Positions 53,141 to 64,000 of a stretch of 64,000 bases of DNA are shown here, piece after piece. This DNA is from Chiloscyllium plagiosum (Eukaryota), in contig NC_057719.1 in assembly GCF_004010195.1 (NCBI RefSeq), positions 48,267,071-48,331,070 on the forward strand, written 5' to 3'. Numbering within the stretch: the first letter of the stretch is position 1; each line of letters starts with the position of its first letter. The notes beneath the pieces are model-generated. The model saw only the letters and a program-made list of their open reading frames with translations. It made no database searches and was not told the origin of the DNA. Made by a program: the position numbers and the translations under genes.

Positions 53141-56100
53141 ACACTGCTTGCAGATACTGACACTTACCAACTGGTGGCGATAGACCAACCCACAACTAGA
53201 GAACTAAATTACAGCCCTACTCAAAAAAAATTTCAGAAATCTTGAGAATTAAATAAGACAGACTTCCAAAAAATGAAACCAGATGGATCCAACACACCGC
53301 ACTTCTACGGATTACCCAAAATTCATAAACCAGGAGCCCTCCCTCAGACCATTAGTCTTGGTACCTAGAACAGCAATGTATAGATTAGCTAAGGAGCTAC
53401 ACCAAAGACTAAAACTTTGTAGAAGACTCACATCACTCCATCCACTCCACCCAAGAATTCCTGAACAACATCAAAGACACCAAGATAGAAGAGGATGAAA
53501 TGATGGTCTACTTTGACGTAACAGCCCTGTTCACATCCGTCAACATCAACCTGGCCAAAGAAATACTGACTACACTATTAGAACCAAAGACACATACACC
53601 AAACACCACCAACTTCATCAGCAAGGACAATATCATCAAGCTAGTGGACCTATGCCTTACTACCCACTTCACTTTCAATAACAAAACCTACAGACAAACC
53701 AATGGGACGCCCATGGGATATCTGCACTTAGCAGAGGCAGTAGTGTAGCAATTCAAACAAACAGCTCTGCCAACCATCCAACCCATACTTTGAGTCCGCT
53801 ACGTGAATGGCACTTTTGTCATCACTAAAGAAAACGAATTAGAGGATACCTTCAACACCATTAATAATTTCCTTACTGGCATAAAATTCACTAATGAGGA
53901 GGAAAACAACAACAAACTGCCATTCCTAGATGTCACAGTAGATCGAACAGCCAATGGGGAACTTAAAACCAGTGTCTACAGGAAAACAATACATCCGGAC
54001 CAAATACTGAACTACAGAAGCAATCATCCAAACACCCACAAACAAAGCTGCATTAGAACATTATTTCAATGAGCCATCACACACTGCAGCATAGAGGAAC
54101 TATGAAGAGCAGAGGAAAATCACGTATACAGTGTATTCAAAAAGAATGGGTACCCAATGAAAACGGTCCGCCGATTTCTCAGCACCAAACCCAAACAAGC
54201 AGACAAAATACATCCAGAAACCTTAGCCACTCTCTCCTACATCAAAGACATCTCGGAAATGACTGCCAGACTACTCAGACCTCTTGGCATCATGGTAGCC
54301 CACAAACCCACCAACACACTAAAACAGCAGCTAATGAACTTGAAAGACCCCATACAGACAAAAAGCTAAACTAATGTCATTTACAAAATATCTTGCAAGA
54401 ACTGTAACAAACACTACATTGGACAAACTGGCAGAAAACTAACCACCAAGATACATGAACATCAACTAGCCACAAAAAGACATGGCGCACTATCACTAGT
54501 ATCCTTACATATGGATGAGGAAGGACACCACTTCGACTGGGACAACACATTCAACTTAGGATAAGCCAGAGACACACACAAGAAATACTAGAAGCATGGC
54601 ATTCCAACTGGAACTCTATCAACAAATACATCATCGTGGGCTCTGTTTATCAACCTCTGAGAAAAAGAACAGAAAATGACATCACCACCACAAATGACAT
54701 CACCAATCCAAGGAAACCTAAACACATAAATAGATAGCGGATCACTAACACCAGTGCTTCACCAGAGTCTCACTAATGAAGTTACCTAGTATAGTGACGA
54801 AACATCTGAAAATGAATCTTCCAGCTGAGTGAGCAAATTTACATCCAGAACCACAACCTAAACTACAAACTTCTCAAAACTGCTGAACAGACTTCTCCAG
54901 CCTTCAATCAAGTCTGTGCGCTACCTCTGGTATTTCTATCTTATGTCTCCCTGACTGTTTATTCACTTCTATCAGGTTTCTAATGGACAAGCTTAAAGGC
55001 TTGTCATCTGCGTGGACTCAGTAGGTGTTGGTCACTAGCAATCATTTGAATATCAAAGGCCTCGGTTATCATACATTTCATCAACTGTGGACACGTGTCT
55101 GCATTGAGCTTATCAGGCTGTGACTCTTCAGCTAACCTACAGTGACTACCCATCGAGCTGAATATCATTACGGTTGACAGTACAGGCATCCTCAGCTGTG
55201 CTGGTGGTGGCAAAAAATGGAATAAATTCGTTTAGCCTTTTTTTCATGGTCTCCATTCCCAAACCAGCAGTAAAGAACAAAACCAATTAGCTCATGGTTA
55301 AAAAAAATGCCTTTGCCCACCAACTTTTCTTGTATTATGTCACAGCACAAGACTGGAGGTATCCTCTTGGGACATTATGGATACGTGAGCCTCTCCATTC
55401 TATGCACTCTTGGCCACGGTCTTCCCTCATCACTTCCTCAGTTGGAGTGAGGAGTCTGAGATTAGAGAACTGTCCTCCAGTTTTCTCTCTCTCATTGATT
55501 GAGTTCCTTTGTCTTGCACAAAAACAGAAGGGTTTAGTGTTAGACAGAAGAGTCTATCATTGATAAATGAGCATGCATTTTATGACATGCGACCTCCTAT
55601 TCCTACCCTAGTAAGTGATCCACACATACATACTGTTCTGCAGCTGGTTACATTGCAGAGCATTAAATGGCCTTCAGATTCAATCCACTTTTCCCATCTG
55701 ATGCACATGTCCACAACCTTAGATCCTGTCTTCCACATCTCTGCACTTGCATGTCCACATTGATTGTTACCCTATGGCTGCCAACTTGTTGTCCAGATAA
55801 TTTACCTTATTCTTTACCTTATCCTCACCCAGGTTCTTCAGTGGGCCTTCTTTTAATCCTGCGACCAAACACAATGCAAGATTCTGCTTCTGCAATATAA
55901 TGATGGTACAATAGATGTTTTATCGCACAGAAGTAATTTTTGCTCAGGTACTTTATGCTGACAGGTCAATTAATTGATATCATGTAACATTTACTGACCT
56001 TCCTTAGTGGCAGCAAGAGACCCTGAGTTAATTAAATAAACCATTTAAGTGGTGGTGATCTGTATATGGAGAAAGCAACGATTACCGTCTGTTCTCACTT

Positions 56101-57812
56101 AGGTTTATGATTAGATTATGTTAGATTACTTACAGTGTGGAAATAATTATGCATTTCCTGGGATGGCAGGGTTGGATTGGCTAGGACTGGAGTTCACTGG
56201 AGTTCAGAAGAATGAAGGGGATTGCATATAAACCTATGAAATTCTAAAAGCGCTAGACAGAGTAAACATTGGAAGGATGTTCCTGATGACTGGAGTCCAG
56301 AATCAGGGGCCACCATTTGAAGAAATAGGATAGGCCATTTAGAAGTGAGGTGACGTCTTCTCGGCACTGCAAGTGTTTAAGGCCAAAACATTAAACATTT
56401 TCAAGAAGGAATTAGGTATAGTTCTTAGGAATACAGGGATCAATGGATATTGGGAGAAAACAACAACAGCCATGATCAGTTGCATGGTGGAACAGACTTG
56501 AAGGGCCAAATGCTCTACTCCTGCTTCTGTCTATGTTTTTATACTATCAGACAAAACAGGATATCTCTAAACACAGACTATCCCCATAAATAGGTACAGC
56601 CAATAGACAACTAGATAATCCTTTCATGGCTAATTTTGTCTCTCTTTCATGTACAAAAAAGCCCTCCATTCTAGCCTACAGGCATATTGAAGAGGAACTA
56701 TCTGTGTGTAGAAAGAGAAAAATAGCACCCATATGTCACCATGATGGTGTCTGATACAGATGATTTAGTGAGAAGACAGTATGACTATAAGACGTGTAGC
56801 TTGTTAAGTCTACTCCACATTCATTGAGATCATGGCTGATCTGATAACTCTCAACTCCATTCTCCTGCCGTTTCCCCATAACTCTTGATTCCTTTATGGA
56901 TTTAAAATCTCAATTTCAGCCTTGAATATACATAATGATCTATAGCTCTGTATAGGAAAGAATTCCACAGATTATGCCCTCTGGTCCAAGACTCTTCTGC
57001 AAGGGGAAACAACCTTTCTGCATCTACCCTGACAAGTCCCCAAAGAATCTTGTATGTTTCAGGAGGGTTGCTTCTCATTCTTCTAAATTTCAATGAGTAT
57101 AGGGCCAACCTACTCAAGCTTTCTTCATAAGATAGCCCATACATATCTGGTATTAGCTTGGTGAACCTACTCTGGACCACTACCTCTCTCGGAATGGCAG
57201 GCAGTGACCAGTGGGGTACCGCAGGGATCAGTACTGGGAACGCAGCTTTTTACAATATATGTTAATTATATAGAAGACGGTATGAGCAATAACATTAGCA
57301 AATTTGCTGATGATACTAAGCTGGGTGGCAAGGTGAAATGTGATGAGGATGTTAGGAGATTACAGGGTGACCTGGACAAGTTAGGTGAGTGGTCAGATGC
57401 ATGGCAGATGCAGTTTAATGTGGATAAATGTATGGTTATCCACTTTGGTGGCAAGAACAGGAAGGCAGATTACTACCTAAATGGAATCAATTTAGGTAAA
57501 AGAGCAGTACAGAGAACTCTGGGTATTCTTGTACACCAGTCAATGAAGGTAAGCATGCAGGTACAGCAGGTAGTGAAGAAGGCTAATAGCATGCTGGCCT
57601 TCATAACAAGAGGGATTGAGTACAGAAGCAAAGAGGTTCTTCTGCAGCTGTACAGGGCCCTGGTGAGACCACACCTGGAGTACTGCATGCAGTTCTGGTC
57701 TCCAAATTTGAGGAAAGACATTCTGGCTATTGAGGGAGTGCAGCGTAGGTTCACGAGGTCAATTCCTGGAATGGCGGGATTACTTTACGCTGAAAGGCTG
57801 GAGCGACTGGGC

Positions 57813-57846
57813 TTCCTGATGAAGGGCTTTTGCCCGAAACGTCGAT
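57813..57846 (+). ncRNA. minimal type I hammerhead ribozyme motif (family A)
   Basis: uuc CUGAUGA (57816-57822) a GGGC-uuuu-GCCC GAAA CG UC gau. Intact core, GUC triplet, very short stem I. Confidence 0.72.
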
Positions 57847-57940
57847 TTCGAAGCTCCTTGGATGCTGCCTGAACTGCTCTGCTCTTCCAGCACCACTAAT
57901 CCAGAATCTGGTTGCCAGCATCTGCCGTCATTGTTTTTAC
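57813..57940 (+). mobile_element. family A element inserted in CR1 ORF2
   Basis: Interrupts CR1 between LERLG and TLEFRR. No TSD seen. Confidence 0.85.
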
Positions 57941-58461
57941 TCTTGAGTTTAGAAGACTGAGAGGGGATTTGATTGAGACATATAAGATTATTAAAGGATT
58001 GGACACTCTGGCGGCAGGAAACATGTTTTCGCTGATGGGTGAGTGCCGAACCAGAAGACACAGCTTAAAAATACGGGGTAGACCATTTAGGACAGAAATG
58101 AGGAGAAACTTCTTCACTCAGAGAGTGGTGGCTGTGTGGAATGCTCTGCCCAGTCTCTGGATTCATTTAAGAAAGAGTTGGATAGACCTCTCAAGTATAG
58201 TGGAATCAAGGGTTATGGAGATAAGGCAGGAACAGGATACTCATTAAGGATGATCAGCCATGATCATATTGAATGGTGGTGCAGGCTGAAAGGGCAGAAT
58301 GGCCTACTCATGCACTTATTGTCTATTGTCCTTTGATAAGGGACCCAAACTATTTATAGTACTCCAGCTTGGTTTGACTAGTGCCTAGTATAGTTTCAGC
58401 AAAATCTCCCTACTTTAATGCTCTGTTCCCTTTTCAGTAAAGTCAACATTCCATTTACTTT

Positions 58462-58593
58462 AGGCAAAAGTGGATACTGCAGATACTGGAGATTAGAGTC
58501 AAGATTAAATGGCGCTGGAAAAGCACACCAGGTCAGACAGCATCCAAGGAACAGGAAAATCGACATTTCAGGCAAAAACTCTTCATCAGGAAT
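58462..58593 (-). mobile_element. family A element (degenerate hammerhead)
   Basis: Minus strand starts attcctgatgaagagtttttgcctgaaatgtcg. Colinear with 7015-7146. Confidence 0.82.
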
Positions 58594-59454
58594 ACTTTCC
58601 CTATTACCTGCCTAATTGGATGCTAGCTTTTTGTGATTCATGGGCAAGAACTTCCAAATCTGTTATGTAGCTTTCTGCAGTCTTTCACTATTTAAATAAT
58701 ATTCAGTTCCTTTATTCTTCCTGCCAAAGTGTAAAACCTCAATTTTCCCTGCATTATATTCTATCTGCCAAGATTTTGCCTAGTGCATAACCTGTCTATA
58801 TCCCTCCACAGACTCTTTGTGTCATTCACGCCACTTATGTTCCCATCTTTTTTTTTGTTATCTGTAAATTTGGCTATAATACATTCACTTTCCTCATCCA
58901 AGTTGTAATATATATTGTAAATAATTGTGGCCCAAGCACTGATCCCTGTGGCACTCCACTAGTTTCAGGTGAAAATGATCCCCTTATCCCAACTCTCTAT
59001 CTTCTCTTAGTTAGCCAATTCTTTATCCATGCTAACATACTGCCTCAAGCATCACAAGCTCTTATTAAGTAGCCTATTGTGTGTTAACTTATCAAACACT
59101 TTCTGAAAATCCAAACAAATTACATCCACTGCTTCATCTTTATCTATCTTATTTGTTACCTCCTGAAAGAATTCTAGTAAATTTGTAAGACAGAATTTTC
59201 CCTTCATGAAGTCATGCTGACTCTGCTCGATCATATTATGCATTTTTAAATATTCAGCTATTATATCCTTTATAATAGACATTAAGCTAACTGGCCTATA
59301 GTTACCTGTTTTTGTTGTCTCCTTCACTTTTTAACATAAAGTTGATAAATTGGCAGTTTTCCAATCCTCTGGGACTTTTCCAGAATCTAAGGATTTCTGG
59401 AAGATTATTACCATTGCATTTACTCTCTATCACTACTTCCTTTAATGTCTTAGT

Positions 59455-59940
59455 TTGCCTGAATCCCGTTTGCTTGGATTGGTACAGCTCCAACAACACT
59501 AAAGAAGCTTGATGCTATTCAGGCCAAAGCACTGGTGTGATTGGCACCAAATCCACAAGCAAATACTCCTTTTACCACCAAGGCTCAGTTGTAACATTGT
59601 GTATTATCTACAAGATATCTGCAGAAATTTACCAAAGATCCTCAGATTGCACCTTCCAAACCCACAACTCCTTCCATCTGGAAGGACAAGGGTAACAGAT
59701 ACGTCGGAACACCATCACCTACACATTCTCCTCCAAGCCACTCAGCCACTGAGTTCCTTCACTGTCGCTGGGTGAAAATCTTGAAATTCCCTTTCTAAGG
59801 GCATTGTGGGTCAACCTACAGCATATGGACTGCAGCAGTTCAAGAAGGCAGCTCACTACCACCTTCTCATGTGCAACTAGGGACTGGCTATAAATGTTGG
59901 ACAACCAGCAATACTCATGTCCCACAAGTAAATAAAAAAT
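59455..59940 (+). mobile_element. CR1/L2-group LINE 3' fragment
   Basis: Paralogous to the 3' half of 22185-23070. A-rich tail. Confidence 0.75.
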
Positions 59941-61247
59941 CTGCATCCATCAGGTCTAGTGGACTTCTTTAGCCCAATTAGTTTTGTGAGCTCTTTTTCT
60001 CTAGTGATAGTTGTGGCACTTATTTCCTCTCCTTTTGCCCCTTGATACTTTAATAATTTTGGAATGCTAATAACGTCTTCTAATGTGAATGCTGATGGAA
60101 CTCCTCTGCCATGTACTAATTTCCCAGCCTCAGTCTCTTAGGGGTCTATGTTCACTTTGGCTTCTCTCTTCCTTTCTACATATTTAAAGCTCTTGCAGTC
60201 GGTCTTGATATTACTTACAAGTTTCCCTTTAATGTTTATCTTCTCCCCTTTTATTAGCTTTTGGTCATCCTTTGTTGGATTCTAACACTTTTCCAATCCT
60301 CTGGCTTACCACTAATCTTTGCCAATTTGCCATTGTATGTTTTTCTTTCAATTTGATACTATCCATGTTTTTCTGAGTTTGGTGTGAATTGTGTCATTAC
60401 TTCTTAGTTTTCTAAACACCAAGAAAATGGATTTTACAAAAGCCATTTGCGTTAACATTGTACCTATATTTCTAAGACTTCTGAAATGTTTTTTTCAGAT
60501 CACTATCTTTCTTCATAGTTACTGTATTTTTTTCTGTGTAGGAGGAATGTGTGCAATTTACCAATTTTGGTGCTTGAAAATTGCTATCAGTGACACTTAT
60601 GGTGGTTGGGGATAAATCTAAGAGAATGAAGGTGTGAAAGATCTATGATAATTATGTTATGGGAGGGATGAGAGACGTGGGGGAGAGAGCATTTGGGAAG
60701 GGGTGAAAGATCTTGGATTGTAGGGTTGGTGTAGGGTTGTAGGGTTGGTGTAGGTGACAAGTTGATAGACCGCTAAGAGTAGAGGAGATGCGAAAATGAG
60801 TTATTCTATAGTTTTTTTTTTGAGTAAAAAACACTTACCTTTCCACTGGATTTTGCAAAACAGAAATCAAGACTCAAAGGTGAAGCAATTAGGTAATGCC
60901 CATTATTAAAAAAAGCTGTGGTGGAGCAGTTGTTAGCGTTATGTTACAGCTCCAAGGGAGATATTGTAGCAGGACTCCAAAATCTCAGTTGGAGGCCTCA
61001 CAGTTTGGGAAGTCTTGCTTTAGGATGAATGTGATTCATTGAACTTATTAGGAAGCATGAAGCTCATTATTCAGTCTGGTTCAGTGCGAGAACAAATCAT
61101 TTCTTGATGACCTGGACCTTTTGCATCATATTTCTAAAACATTGATTAAAGCAGTTAATAAGCCATTACTAAAATCAAGCCTCTGCTTGAACAATTTGTG
61201 TCTTCTGTTTTTGACTGTATGGTATATAGAATTACATCATATACTTA

Positions 61248-61437
61248 TGATTTGGAGTTGCCGGTGTTGGACTGGGGTGTACAAAGTTAAAAATCACACA
61301 CCACCAGGTTATAGTCCAACAGGTTTAATTGGAAGCACTAGCTTTTGGAGTGCTGCCTGATGAAGGAGTAGCGCTTTGAAAGCTAGTGCTTCCAATTAAA
61401 CCTGTTGGACTATAACCTGGTGTTGTGTGATTTTTAA
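61248..61437. mobile_element. palindromic family B element with hammerhead core
   Basis: TSD catcatatactta (61235-61247) / cattatatattta (61438-61450). CTGATGA at 61357-61363 followed by GAAAGCTAGTG. Confidence 0.9.
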
Positions 61438-62554
61438 CATTATATATTTAAGTCACATGAATAGAGCTATTATGTGTCACATGATGTTTATGCGATACAA
61501 GGGCTCCCCACTATCTTACTTCATTTCACCTTATGAACATCTATGTTAATCACTTCAGCCACTCTATTTCTAAATTATACATTCTGATCACTCAGTGAAG
61601 AAGTTCCTCTTTAATTCCTTATTTGACTTATTAATGACAATCTTACACTTAGGGTACCTATTTTCAGATGCCCACAAGTGAAAACATATCTGTCTAACAT
61701 ATTGATCCCTTTCAAACTTCAAAGACCTATTATATAACCACTCAGTTTTCTCTTTTTTATAGAACAAAGAACTCCAGCATGTTTAATCTTTACTGATGGT
61801 TGTGTCTACTTAATTGTAGATTCATTGTTAAACCTTTTCTCCAGTGCTTCTATATCCTTTCTTTAATAGGTAAACCAGTGTCGAAGATTTTTTTGCTCTG
61901 ACAAAACAGTAAATCAGTTTAACCCTTAACATGTTAAAGTGTTGCGCTTTAAAAATTAACTGAACATTTTAAAAGCAAGAAGATAGTCATGATTGAATAA
62001 TTTATCACATTCTTTTCTGTGTTTTATTTGTACCACATTATCCACTTCATTGTCAGGGTCATTTTAACACAGAAGAAATATTGACGAATCTGCTTTTTTC
62101 CCTGTAATGGTTTTGTTGTGAAATCAAACTGTTGGCCTGCTCTCAGGTTTTTGTTAGAGAATGAAAGGGACTTCATATTGCTTTTAATATTGCTTTTCAT
62201 ATTGTTGATGGGGTATCAACATGAGAGACAGATTGTTGACTTATTTAAATTGATCTCTTTGTATCAAGGCATGATATTCATTTGGTAGCATGAAGATCAA
62301 ATCTACATCTTGTTATTTTGTGGTTTAATGTTTTGAAGTTCCAAATGCCACAAATGACAGAGTAGTCATTTTATTTGTGACATATTGACATTGAGTTGCA
62401 AAGACACATTGGATTCAAAATGTTTTCTTTCTTGCTCCCTTCAAAGATGCTGCCAGACCTGTTGTGCTCTTCACTTTCTGCTAGTATTACACATTGACTA
62501 GGATGTTCACACTGACAAACGGATACTAGACCTTGCGAGGAATTTCACATCCGG

Positions 62555-62850
62555 AATCATAGAATCCCTACAGTGTGGAAACAGGCCATTTGGCCCAACA
62601 AGTCCACACCGACCCTCTGAAGAGTATCCCAACCAGACCCATTCCCCTACCCCATTGCTCTACATTTCCCCTGACTAATGCACCTAATCTATACATCCCT
62701 GAACACTATGGGCAATTTAGCATGGGCAATCTACCTAACCTGAACATCTTTGGACAGTGGGAGGAAACCCATCCAGACACAGGGAGAATGTGCAAAATGA
62801 ACCCGGGTCCCTGGTGCTGTGAGGCAGCAGTGCTAACCACTGAGCCACTA
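62555..62850 (-). mobile_element. HE1-type SINE
   Basis: Minus strand tggctcagtggttagcactgctgcctcacagcaccagggacccgggttc (A and B boxes) and tail gggattctatgattc. Confidence 0.88.
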
Positions 62851-64000
62851 ACCTATAAAGATTTCCTTCAGTCCTAAAGCCATTTGATAGCTATCTTAAT
62901 GTAATTGGCATGAAATAATTAGATCAGGATCATTCTAAGCAAAAGCCACATCCATACTTTCATGTTATCTTAATTTAGTTCAGCTGCATAAGTGCATCTG
63001 TATCTGGACATATTGCAGTACATATTCAAACCAATATAATTAAATCATTCCTTTTATTGGTAAGATTTACAAGACTAAATAAAACATAAGCTCACTTGCT
63101 GACTTAATGATCTTAAGCACATGTTCATTCAGTTCGTAATGTACAGCTCTGTTTAATTAATCTTATTAATGCTTTTGTGTGTTACATTTGCAAACTGTGA
63201 TTGGTGATTAAAAAAGCTTTCCAGCTTTAAACTTCCAGGACAGAGATCTCAAGTTGCAACAATTTCACTGTAGGAGTTGAGTGGTGGGTTTGAGAATGCA
63301 GAGAATTTGACAGGATTCCGAACAAAAGAGACTCTTTGATTAGATCAGAATGGCTTTTGTTTCTTCTCTCTGTTTGAGCTTTGGATCTGTCAAATAAAAT
63401 GTCTGGCATAAGGAATGTTGCACATTTGGCAGTTTTCCATTTTATTGAACTGTATCCTGCTTTCATGCAGACAATTGGCAAACACTATATGGCTTTCAAA
63501 TGCAGATTAACACATTGTGGGTGTATTGCGCTGTGTATCCCATTGTTGATGTTCCAAACTCAACACACATATGTTATCAAAATTAGTTTTTGTGATCGCT
63601 GCATGGAGATGTCGAGACAAAGTGGTCAAAAGAATAGCACCATGCCTTAAAACACAGGCAGTTGACTAAAAGAAAGCATTACTGGCACGGGCTTCATACA
63701 TATATTGCAATTATATTTTTAAAAATTAAATTACAGCCAAACCTATCAGAGTGAATATTATGACAAATGCTTTTATGACTGATCTGGGAACTGAGATCAG
63801 CTGCAGAATTGCTCAGCTCATTGATAAGAGCTTTGGACAAAAAAATTTCAGAGAATTTGTACAAGTTATGATAACTGATACATTCTCAGGCTAATATTTT
63901 GTCAATTGGAGAACACCTCAGCCATGATGGAAATGCTGGAAAAAGTTGGGAACCTCAAGTCCGAACCTGACATCTCTCATTGTTGTGGTGACAGACTTGA

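Larger units (their letters stand above)
51933..54883 (+). mobile_element. Penelope-like retroelement (RT + GIY-YIG) with 5' inverted pLTR, decayed
   Basis: FYGLPKIHKP, YFDVTALFT, GTPMG, LPFLDV, VYRK and VIYKISC..C...YIGQTGR. 13-bp TSD tgaacagacttct at 51920-51932 and 54884-54896. Inverted pLTR at about 51933-52160. Confidence 0.95.
57181..58330 (+). mobile_element. younger CR1 LINE 3' fragment nested in the opposite orientation
   Basis: [19 protein letters not shown] and RPHLEYC. Tail (attgtct)n. Confidence 0.92.
56780..60380 (-). mobile_element. older CR1 LINE host element, interrupted by several insertions
   Basis: Minus-strand ORFs NYRPVSL..CLTNLLEFF..LDFQKVFDK and VQSRFTKLIP...RRMR. 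Confidence 0.8.

Noticed and set aside
60719..60755. Telomere-like (tagggtt) repeats
   Set aside because: Only a few imperfect units and not a TTAGGG array.
63227..64000. Possible coding exon near the window end (gccATG at 63924 open to the edge; ORF 63381-63650)
   Set aside because: Only 25 codons are visible, nearby frames contain stops, and no protein was recognised.

Overview
This is AT-rich, repeat-dense vertebrate DNA, most likely a cartilaginous fish (inferred from HE1-type and SacSINE1/DeuSINE-type SINEs plus CR1 LINEs). No intact protein-coding gene could be supported. There is a CpG-enriched promoter-like region with an NF-Y CCAAT box and a strong + strand splice donor (about 16.4-16.7 kb), so much of the rest may be intron. 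Decayed mobile DNA dominates: an L1/Tx1 LINE, a hAT (SPIN/Charlie-type) transposon with an 8-bp TSD, a Tigger/pogo transposon and derivative MITE, CR1, RTE and Rex1 LINE fragments, tRNA-derived SINEs, a tRNA-Asn-like pseudogene, and two Penelope-like elements (PLEs; RT + GIY-YIG). The main signal is a set of about 14 PLE-type insertions from at least three sequence families. Most carry a minimal type I hammerhead ribozyme motif (CUGAUGA-N-stem II-GAAA-palindrome-UH) with family-specific compensatory stems, most have 12-15 bp TSDs, many are fold-back palindromes, and their 5' ends or inversion points cluster at the ribozyme. All family names come from motif recognition by eye, not database searches, and boundaries without a TSD are approximate.
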